Of a DNA stretch of 24,000 bases, positions 17,854-24,000 are shown one piece after another. Origin of the DNA: Steroidobacteraceae bacterium (GTDB lineage: Bacteria; Pseudomonadota; Gammaproteobacteria; Steroidobacterales; Steroidobacteraceae); assembly GCA_035504115.1 (NCBI GenBank), contig DATJSL010000030.1, positions 19,864 through 43,863 of the forward strand, given 5' to 3'. The number at the start of each line of letters is the position of its first letter. Positions within the stretch are counted from its first letter, which is position 1. The position numbers and the translations under genes were made by a program. The notes under the pieces were generated by a model. It saw nothing but the letters and a program-made list of their open reading frames with translations, did not search any database and had not been told where the DNA came from.

Positions 17854-20433
17854 CTAGAAGAGCGGTTTGTCGCCATCATTCAGCGGGTTCGTATTGTTCT
17901 GCCCCTCCGCGCTCTCGGGCTTGGGCAGATTGCCTTCGATGAATTTCTCCATGATGCCGTTCGGATTGTCGGCGCTCGCGAGCAACCCGGTATCCGGCGA
18001 GATGCGCACCGTGACGATGCCGTCGGGCATCGGTACCTTGTGCCGCGGCACGCCATCGAGCGCCTGGTGCATGAAGAATATCCAGGTCGGCAGCGCGGCG
18101 CGCGAGCCCTGCTCGAGCTCGCCCAGGGTGCGATCCTGGTCGAAGCCGGTCCACACCGTCGCGACCAAGTCGGCGTTGAAGCCCGAGAACCAGGCATCGT
18201 GCGCATCGTTGGTCGTCCCCGTCTTTCCCGCAATGTCATCCCGGCCGAGCACCAGGGCCCTTTGGCCGGTGCCGTGCTTGATCACGTCCGCCATCATGTC
18301 GGACAGCAAATAGGCGACCTGGGGACGGATGATTTGCGGCGCGAGATCCTTGGCCGGGATCAGTGATTTGCCGTCGGGCACCCCCTCGTCGAGCCAGCTC
18401 GCGCTCGCGGCCGCGGCATGCTGCGACGCGGCGCGCTGGACCCCGGGCGCATGCGCGGCCGGGGGCGGCGGATCGTCGCTCGAGCTGCGCTCGAGGGCGG
18501 CGGTGAGCCCGGCGCCGCCCGCGGGCGGCCGCCCGTCCGCGAGCGCCGCGTTCAGAGTGCTCGTCTGGTCGGCGGCGCACTGTGCGCAGGCGATGAGCGG
18601 CTCCGCCTGGTAGATCGGCTTGCCGGTCGCGTCCAGAATCCGATCGATGTAGTAGGGGGTGACGCGAAATCCCCCGTTCGCGAACGTCGCATAGCCGGTG
18701 GCCACTTGCAGCGGGGAGAGCTCCGCGGTCCCCAGGGCCATGGTGAGATCATCGGGCACCTGGGACTTGTCGAAACCGAAGCGAGTGACGTAATTGCGCG
18801 CGTATTCGACGCCGATGTCGCGCACCACGCGCACCGACACGAGGTTGCGCGAGTAGGCCAGCGCGTCGCGCAGGCGCACCGGCCCGTAGAATTCGTTGGT
18901 GTCCTCTTTCGGCCGCCAGCCCGTGTCGTTGCCGGCGGTATCGATCACGATGGGCGCATCGAGCACCACGGTCGCGGGCGTGTAGCCCTTGTCGAATGCG
19001 GCCGCGTAGATGAAGGGCTTGAACCCCGAGCCAGGCTGCCGCCGCGCCTGGGTGACGCGGTTGAACTTGCTCTGGAAGTAATCGAAGCCGCCCACCAGCG
19101 CGACCACCGCCCCATCCTTCGGGTCGAGCGCGACGAGCGCGCTCTGCGCCTCCGGCACTTGCACGAACTGCAGGGATTCCGGGGTATTGCCGACCGTGTA
19201 GATCACATCGCCCCGATGCAAGATCTCGGAGGCGTCCGTCGGCGAGCGGTCCACCTTCTCATCCGGCAGCTCGCGCCGCGCCCAGGACAGCTTCGCCCAG
19301 GGAAGCGTCACGTCGCCCAGATCCTTCACATGGATCTTCGCGCTTTTCTCCTCCACGCCGACGACGATGGCCGGCCGCAAGCCCCCGACCGCGGGCCGCT
19401 CCTCGAGCTCGGCATCCATCGCCGCATCGCTCGTCAGCTTCGAGGGGTCGACCTTGTCGGCCGCGCCCCGCCAGCCGTGGCGGCGGTCGTACTCCAGGAG
19501 TCCCGTGCGCAGCGACACCGTGGCCGCGGCCTGCAGGCGCGAGTCGATGGTGGTGAAAACCTGATAGCCCGCCGTATAGATGGCGTCCCCGTACTTCGCC
19601 TGCATCTCGTTGCGCACCATCTCGGCGACATAGGGCGCGTCGACCTCGATGGATGGGCCGTGCAGGCGGCTCTCCATCGGACTCGCCTTCGCCTGCTCGT
19701 ATTGCGCCTCGGTGATGTAGCCGAGATCGCGCATTCTCCCGAGCACGTGGGCGCGGCGCACGGTGGCGGCCTCGGGGTTGGCGACCGGGTTGACGGTGGA
19801 GGGCGCGGCGGGAATGCCGGCGAGCGTCGCCATCTCCGCGATGCTCAGCTGATCGAGGCTCTTGCCGAAGTAGACCTCGGCGGCGGCGGCCACGCCGTAG
19901 GCGCGCTGTCCCAGGAAGATCTTGTTGACGTAGAGCGAGAAGATCTCTTCCTTGGTGAATTCGCTCTCCATCAGCAGCGAGATGTAGACCTCGCTCATCT
20001 TGCGCTTCATGTCGCGCCGCGGGGTGAGGAACATGTCGCGCGCCACCTGCATGGTGATCGTGCTCGCCCCCTGGCTGATCCGGCCGGCCCGCGCATTGGC
20101 GAGCGCGGCGCGCAAGATGCCCTGCCAGTCGACCCCATGATGGCGGAAGAACCGGTCATCCTCCGTGGCGAGGAAGGCCTGCACCAGCTTCGGCGGCAGG
20201 TCCGAGTAGCGCACCGGGATGCGCCTTTGCTCCCCGATCGAGGCCATCAGGCGCCCGTCGCGGGTATAAATCCTCAGGGGAACCTGCAATTGCACGTCGC
20301 GCAGGGACTCGACGTCCGGCAAGGCGGGGCGCAAGTAGACATAAGCGCAGACGTTGGCGAACGCGATCAGCACGATTGCGCCCGCCAGGCATGCACAAAT
20401 TCGGGATATGAGAACCAGGTAACGTTTGGCCAC
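17854..20433 (-). CDS. mrcA: penicillin-binding protein 1A (bifunctional glycosyltransferase/transpeptidase)
   Basis: 859-aa ORF: GT51 motifs (FLATEDDRFFRHHGVD, GASTITMQVAR, RKMSEVYISLLME), transpeptidase motifs (SGFKPFIYAAA containing SxxK, SRN, KTGTTND). GTG start at 20431-20433. Divergent from pilM, as in Pseudomonas ponA/pilMNOPQ. Confidence 0.93.
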   Translation of the reverse strand: MAKRYLVLISRICACLAGAIVLIAFANVCAYVYLRPALPDVESLRDVQLQVPLRIYTRDGRLMASIGEQRRIPVRYSDLPPKLVQAFLATEDDRFFRHHGVDWQGILRAALANARAGRISQGASTITMQVARDMFLTPRRDMKRKMSEVYISLLMESEFTKEEIFSLYVNKIFLGQRAYGVAAAAEVYFGKSLDQLSIAEMATLAGIPAAPSTVNPVANPEAATVRRAHVLGRMRDLGYITEAQYEQAKASPMESRLHGPSIEVDAPYVAEMVRNEMQAKYGDAIYTAGYQVFTTIDSRLQAAATVSLRTGLLEYDRRHGWRGAADKVDPSKLTSDAAMDAELEERPAVGGLRPAIVVGVEEKSAKIHVKDLGDVTLPWAKLSWARRELPDEKVDRSPTDASEILHRGDVIYTVGNTPESLQFVQVPEAQSALVALDPKDGAVVALVGGFDYFQSKFNRVTQARRQPGSGFKPFIYAAAFDKGYTPATVVLDAPIVIDTAGNDTGWRPKEDTNEFYGPVRLRDALAYSRNLVSVRVVRDIGVEYARNYVTRFGFDKSQVPDDLTMALGTAELSPLQVATGYATFANGGFRVTPYYIDRILDATGKPIYQAEPLIACAQCAADQTSTLNAALADGRPPAGGAGLTAALERSSSDDPPPPAAHAPGVQRAASQHAAAASASWLDEGVPDGKSLIPAKDLAPQIIRPQVAYLLSDMMADVIKHGTGQRALVLGRDDIAGKTGTTNDAHDAWFSGFNADLVATVWTGFDQDRTLGELEQGSRAALPTWIFFMHQALDGVPRHKVPMPDGIVTVRISPDTGLLASADNPNGIMEKFIEGNLPKPESAEGQNNTNPLNDGDKPLF

Positions 20434-20452
20434 AGCAAACCGCTCTAACTTA

Positions 20453-20482
20453 TTGCGCCGGCGGACACAGGGCTGGCATATT
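20453..20482 (+). promoter_or_regulatory. candidate sigma70-type promoter TTGCGC-18 nt-CATATT, which would start transcription near 20488-20490
   Basis: Weak hexamers (3/6 and 4/6), but the implied start site coincides with the 5' edge of the riboswitch-like element. Confidence 0.25.
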
Positions 20483-20487
20483 ACCGC

Positions 20488-20580
20488 GGCTTACAAAGGC
20501 ATACTCATCGAAAGATGAGGACGCAAAGCCACCGGTCTAAGGGTTCGAGGCCTAAGACAGCGGGGTTGCCAGACCAAGCT
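20488..20580 (+). promoter_or_regulatory. c-di-GMP-I (GEMM-I) riboswitch aptamer candidate in the pilM leader
   Basis: RNA reading: ..ACAAAGGCAUA CUCAUC GAAA GAUGAG GACGCAAAGCC ACCGGUCUAAGG GUUCGAGG CCUAAGAC AGCGGGGUUGCC. There is a 6-bp hairpin with a GNRA loop (20504-20519). GGACGCAAAGCC follows immediately (20519-20530). A second hairpin, GUCUAAGG/CCUAAGAC, has one A-A mismatch (20535-20558). Then comes CAGCGGGGUUGCC (20558-20570). The order and the conserved blocks match the V. cholerae Vc2 aptamer as I recall it (..ACAGGGCAAA CCAUUC GAAA GAGUGG GACGCAAAGCC UCCGGCCUAAACC ... GGUAGG UAGCGGGGUUACC). Confidence 0.75.
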
Positions 20581-20653
20581 TAACCAATCGCCTAGGGAGA
20601 GCAATAGGCGAGAAGAGGTCTGAATGGACGTTCTGATGGATTCATCGATTGCG

Positions 20654-20681
20654 CTGCGGGATCCGCGCAGTTCTCATTTTT
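20654..20681 (+). terminator. candidate intrinsic terminator/attenuator 1 in the pilM leader: CTGCG-ggatccg-CGCAG followed by TTCTCATTTTT
   Basis: 5-bp GC stem (20654-20658 pairing with 20666-20670), 7-nt loop and a U-rich tail. Weak on its own, but in the right orientation downstream of the aptamer. Confidence 0.3.
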
Positions 20682-20696
20682 GCGACATGCCGGCGC

Positions 20697-20735
20697 CTCA
20701 CGGTCATTACCGTGAGTCTCTTCACGTTCTCATTT
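20697..20735 (+). terminator. candidate intrinsic terminator/attenuator 2: CTCACGGT-catt-ACCGTGAG followed by TCTCTTCACGTTCTCATTT
   Basis: Perfect 8-bp stem (20697-20704 pairing with 20709-20716), 4-nt loop and a pyrimidine/U-rich tail ending in the second copy of GTTCTCATTT. Confidence 0.3.
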
Positions 20736-20815
20736 AACAGTTTTCGCTAACTTTGAGCATCTATGTCAGCGTCCCCCACCGCGCTCCAACGTGTTGAGCG
20801 AAAAGGAATATTCTA

Positions 20816-21880
20816 GTGTTCGCGCTAGGTAAACGTTACCGTCCGCTGCTGGGGCTGGACATCACCACCTCGTCGGTGAAGCTGATCGAGCTGACCATGT
20901 CGGGTGGGCAATACCGGGTCGAGTCCTATGCCGCGGAGCCGACCCCGCACAATGCCATCAACGAGAAGGTCATCGTCGACGCCGAAGCGGTCGGCGAGGC
21001 GATCCGCCGCGCCGTGAAGCGCTCCGGCGCGAAGAGCCGCCTCGCGGCCATCGCCATCTCCGGCGATGCCGCCATCACCAAGGTCATCCAGATGCCCAAG
21101 ACCCTCGGTGAGCACGAGCTCGAGGGCCAGGTCGAGATGCAGGCCGACCAGTACATCCCCTTCCCCATGGAGGAGGTGAGCTACGACTTCCAGGTCGTCG
21201 GCCCGTCCGAGAAGGACCCGGACATGCTCGACGTGCTGCTGGTGGCGACGCGCACCGAGAACGTCGAGCAGCGCCAGGCGGCGGTTCAGGCCTCGGGCTT
21301 GACGGCGCAGATCGTCGACGTCGAGGCGTTCGCCCTCGAGAACGCCTGCGCTCTGATGCGCCATCAGATGCCGGACGGCGGCATGGACCGCACCGTCGCG
21401 GTGGTCGATTTCGGCGCGAGCAGCACGACCTTCAGCGTGCTGCGCGACCTCAAGGTCGTCTACACCCGCGACTTCGCCTTCGGCGGCCAGCAGCTCACCG
21501 AGGAGATCATGCGCACCTACGGGCTGTCCATGGAGGAAGCGGGGCGCGCCAAGAAGGAAGGCGGATTGCCGAGCAACTATCAGCCCGAGGTCCTCGACCC
21601 GTTCATCGACGACATGACGCAGCAGGTGAGCCGCTCGCTGCAGTTCTACCTCGCCTCGGGCAGCGGCCGCTCGCAGCCGGACCAGATCCTCGTGTGCGGC
21701 GGCTGCGCCAACATACCCGGCGTCGCCGAGGTGATCTCCAGCCGCGTCGGCGTGGCCGCCGACAAGGGCGATCCGCTCGGCAACATGAAGGTGTCGTCGA
21801 AAGCCAAAGCGCAGGCGGTGAGCCGCGACGCAACGGCCTTGCTTACCGCCTGCGGCCTCGCGCTGCGCAGCTTCGACTGA
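20816..21880 (+). CDS. pilM: type IV pilus assembly protein PilM (actin-like ATPase fold)
   Basis: 354-aa ORF, GTG start with AAGGA 8 nt upstream. LLGLDITTSSVKLIELT, IEADQYIPFP-like (MQADQYIPFPMEEV), FGGQQLTEEI, SRSLQFY and the C-terminal ACGLALRSFD closely match P. aeruginosa PilM as recalled. Confidence 0.93.
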   Translation: MFALGKRYRPLLGLDITTSSVKLIELTMSGGQYRVESYAAEPTPHNAINEKVIVDAEAVGEAIRRAVKRSGAKSRLAAIAISGDAAITKVIQMPKTLGEHELEGQVEMQADQYIPFPMEEVSYDFQVVGPSEKDPDMLDVLLVATRTENVEQRQAAVQASGLTAQIVDVEAFALENACALMRHQMPDGGMDRTVAVVDFGASSTTFSVLRDLKVVYTRDFAFGGQQLTEEIMRTYGLSMEEAGRAKKEGGLPSNYQPEVLDPFIDDMTQQVSRSLQFYLASGSGRSQPDQILVCGGCANIPGVAEVISSRVGVAADKGDPLGNMKVSSKAKAQAVSRDATALLTACGLALRSFD

Positions 21881-21888
21881 GGGGTGCC

Positions 21889-22476
21889 ATGCCGCGTATC
21901 AATCTACTTCCCCACCGCGAACAAGAGCGCAAGCGACGCCGCCGCGAATTCGGCGTCGCCGTGATCGGGGCGCTGCTCGCCGGTGCCGTCGTCGCCGGCG
22001 GAGCCAAGGTGGTCTATTCGACCTGGATCGACGCTCAGACCGAGAAGAACAACCTCCTGAAGAAGGAGATCGTGAAGCTCGATGCCGAGATCGCCGACAT
22101 CCAGGACCTCGAGACGCGCAAGCAGCGCCTGGTGGCGCGCATGGAGATCATCGACAAGCTGCAGCGCAAGCGTCCGGAAATCGTGCATCAGTTCGACGAG
22201 CTGGTGCGCACCGTGCCCGACGGCGTCTATCTGACCTCGATCAAGCAGAGCGGCAACAAGCTCGAGCTCAAGGGCGTGGCGCAATCGAGCACGCGCGTAT
22301 CGACCTTCATGCGCAACATCGACGCCTCGGCCTGGATGGATAACCCCGAGCTGCAGGTGGTGGAGACGGCCAAGGACTCGCCCACCGGCGGATCGAACTT
22401 CACCGTGTTCGCCAACACCGTGGGGGTCAATCTCGACGAAGGCGGCGAAACCACGGTCAAGAAGGCAGCAAAATGA
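21889..22476 (+). CDS. pilN: type IV pilus inner-membrane component PilN
   Basis: Internal ATG at 21889 of the track ORF gives MPRINLLPHREQERKRRRREF plus a TM helix (VAVIGALLAGAVVAGG), the canonical PilN start. The upstream part of the listed ORF is the pilM 3' end read off-frame. Confidence 0.9.
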   Translation: MPRINLLPHREQERKRRRREFGVAVIGALLAGAVVAGGAKVVYSTWIDAQTEKNNLLKKEIVKLDAEIADIQDLETRKQRLVARMEIIDKLQRKRPEIVHQFDELVRTVPDGVYLTSIKQSGNKLELKGVAQSSTRVSTFMRNIDASAWMDNPELQVVETAKDSPTGGSNFTVFANTVGVNLDEGGETTVKKAAK

Positions 22477-23120
22477 AGTTGCTCGAAGAGCTCAAATCGA
22501 TCGACCCGCGCGACCCCGGCCGCTGGCCGCTGGTGGTGCGCGGCTTCTTCGTCCTCGTGGTATTCGTCCTGTGCGCCGGATTCTTCACGTACATGTTCGT
22601 GTGGAACGAGGATCGGCCGGTGCTGCAGAAGGCCGAGGCGGACGAGCTCGATCTGCGCACGCAGTTCGAGAACAAGCAGCAGCGGGCCGTCAATCTCGAC
22701 GCCTACAAGGCGCAGCTCGCGGACATGGAGCGCTCCTTCGGCGCGATGCTGCGCCAGCTGCCCGGCAAGACCGAAGTGCCGAATCTGCTGGTCGACATCT
22801 CCCAGACCGGCCTCGCCGCGGGCCTGAGCGAGAAGCTGTTCCAGCCCGGTGCCGAGAAGAGCAACGGCTTCTACGCGGAGCTGCCCATCAAGATCAGGCT
22901 GGTCGGCTCCTACCATCAGTTCGGCGCCTTCGTCAGCGGCATCGCCGCTCTGCCGCGCATCGTCACGCTGCACGACATCCAGATCACTCCCGTCGACAGC
23001 AAGGTCGGCGGCTACGACAACCTGACCATGGATGTGACCGCCAAGACCTATCGGTACATCGAGGACGAGGGCGGCGCCAAGCCCGCTCCGAAGAAGAAGA
23101 CAAAAGGAGGCGCTTCGTGA
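22473..23120 (+). CDS. pilO: type IV pilus inner-membrane component PilO
   Basis: 215-aa ORF with an N-terminal TM segment, a coiled region and a PilO core (LPGKTEVPNLLVDISQTGLAAGL...YHQFGAFVSGIAALPRIVTLHD). ATGA overlap with the pilN stop. Confidence 0.9.
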   Translation: MKLLEELKSIDPRDPGRWPLVVRGFFVLVVFVLCAGFFTYMFVWNEDRPVLQKAEADELDLRTQFENKQQRAVNLDAYKAQLADMERSFGAMLRQLPGKTEVPNLLVDISQTGLAAGLSEKLFQPGAEKSNGFYAELPIKIRLVGSYHQFGAFVSGIAALPRIVTLHDIQITPVDSKVGGYDNLTMDVTAKTYRYIEDEGGAKPAPKKKTKGGAS

Positions 23121-23647
23121 ACTTGAGACCCAAGTCCCGCCGCGCCGCGGGCGTGCGCAGCGTCTGCGCGGTCGCGCTCGCAGGCTGCGTGATGGCGGGT
23201 TGCTCGGGCGGCCAGTCGGACCTGCAGCAGTGGATCGCGATGACCAAGAAGAAGCCCGGCGGCCGGATCCAGCCGCTGCCCGAGGTCAAGCCCTACGAGA
23301 GCTTCGTGTACAGCGCGAGCAATCTGCGCTCTCCGTTCCAGCCGGCCAGCCCGAACCTCGCCAACGGCGGCGTGCGGCCGACCGTGCGGCGCAACCGGGA
23401 GTTCCTGGAAAACTTCTCGCTCGACACGCTGAAGATGGTGGGCACGTTCAAGGTGGGAAACAGCTTCTATGGACTGGTGCAATCCAAGGACGGCCTGGTG
23501 CACAAGGTTCAGCCCGGCAACTACATGGGCCAGAACGACGGCAAGGTGACTGAGATTACGGCCAGCAAAATAAGCCTCATCGAGATCATACCGGACGGTC
23601 TCGGCGGCTACATCGAGCGACCGGCCTCATTGGCATTGACTGATTGA
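23117..23647 (+). CDS. pilP: type IV pilus lipoprotein PilP
   Basis: GTG start at 23117 (GTGA overlap with the pilO stop; AAAGGAGG at 23103-23110). Lipobox candidates are VALAGC and VMAGC. The PilP core is RSPFQP...LENFSLDTLKMVGT...ALVQ-like...V..G.Y.G.NDGKV.EI. Confidence 0.85.
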   Translation: MNLRPKSRRAAGVRSVCAVALAGCVMAGCSGGQSDLQQWIAMTKKKPGGRIQPLPEVKPYESFVYSASNLRSPFQPASPNLANGGVRPTVRRNREFLENFSLDTLKMVGTFKVGNSFYGLVQSKDGLVHKVQPGNYMGQNDGKVTEITASKISLIEIIPDGLGGYIERPASLALTD

Positions 23648-23670
23648 TGGGGCCACAGGGAGAGCAACGC

Positions 23671-24000
23671 ATGAGCAGATTCAAGACACGAATGGCGATG
23701 ATCGGCGTAATGGCGCTCGCCGCATTATCGGTATTCGCCCCGAGGACCGAGGCGCAGGGCGCAGGCGCGCTCAAGCTCGAGTCCATCGACGTCCAGACGC
23801 TGTCCGGCCAGCAGGTCGAGCTCAAGCTCCACTTGAGCGGGCCGGCGAGCGAGCCCTTGCCGTTCACCATCGACAAGCCGGCGCGCATCGCGCTCGACCT
23901 CGCGAACACCTCGCTCGCGCTGCCCTCGCGCCGCATCGACGTGCGCTCCGGCGGCGTGGATTCCGTGCTTGCGGCCGAAGCGAACGGCCGCTCGCGCATC
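23671..24000 (+). CDS. pilQ: type IV pilus secretin PilQ, N-terminal part only (continues beyond the window)
   Basis: Hand translation from ATG 23671: MSRFKTRMAMIGVMALAALSVFAPRTEAQGAGALKLESIDVQTLSGQQVELKLHLSGPASEPLPFTIDKPARIALDLANTSL... This is a signal peptide plus an AMIN-type domain, as at PilQ N-termini. It follows pilP. Confidence 0.85.
   Translation, partial: MSRFKTRMAMIGVMALAALSVFAPRTEAQGAGALKLESIDVQTLSGQQVELKLHLSGPASEPLPFTIDKPARIALDLANTSLALPSRRIDVRSGGVDSVLAAEANGRSRI

Noticed and set aside
18380-18620. Low-complexity Ala/Pro/Gly/Ser insertion in PBP1A (..ADGRPPAGGAGLTAALERSSSDDPPPPAAHAPGVQRAASQHAAAASAS..).
   Set aside because: It falls at the position where class A PBPs, including E. 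coli PBP1a, carry a variable, poorly conserved insert in the transpeptidase domain. The compositional bias simply follows the genomic GC content.
20624-20737. 37-aa ORF (MDVLMDSSIALRDPRSSHFCDMPAPHGHYRESLHVLI) with a GAGG 5 nt upstream, spanning both terminator-like hairpins in the pilM leader. It could be a leader peptide.
   Set aside because: Third-position G+C is only about half by hand count, against near-saturation in the real genes here. The peptide has no regulatory codon run, and the region is better explained as riboswitch expression platform. It would only be worth checking if ribosome profiling shows occupancy.

Overview
High-GC proteobacterial chromosomal core region, probably gammaproteobacterial judging by synteny. 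I call 24 protein-coding genes and saw no tRNA, rRNA, CRISPR array, transposase or integrase. Gene order: (minus) ridA-spoT-rpoZ-gmk-yicC; (plus) PP2C phosphatase-rph-rdgB-hemW; an unusual intergenic island; (plus) rpmE, then gltA-quinoprotein-Deg protease; (minus) mrcA-hypothetical-bioB-bioF-bioD-bioA; (plus) pilM-pilN-pilO-pilP-pilQ (pilQ truncated by the window edge). Many ORF-track entries are long antisense or off-frame ORFs typical of GC-rich DNA, and several real genes start well inside the listed ORF (yicC, hemW, rpmE, bioA, bioF, pilN, pilP). The strongest non-coding signal is in the 382-bp mrcA/pilM divergent spacer. On the plus strand, 20488-20580 reads as a c-di-GMP-I (GEMM-I) riboswitch aptamer, nearly colinear with the V. 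cholerae Vc2 aptamer as I recall it. It is followed by two hairpin plus U-rich elements upstream of pilMNOPQ. This would put type IV pilus alignment and secretin genes under direct RNA-level c-di-GMP control. The second signal is a roughly 75-bp tract of about 25% G+C between hemW and rpmE, next to a tight cluster of DnaA-box-like 9-mers that includes one perfect TTATCCACA. Other observations: a PP2C phosphatase translationally coupled to rph, a bioBFDA chain with overlapping stop/start codons, a 27-bp tandem repeat giving BioD a linker-like tail that abuts bioA, repeats and an insertion in the secreted quinoprotein, and a hypothetical protein with a degenerate nucleotidyltransferase motif. 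All homology statements come from reading the translations and from memory. No searches were run.
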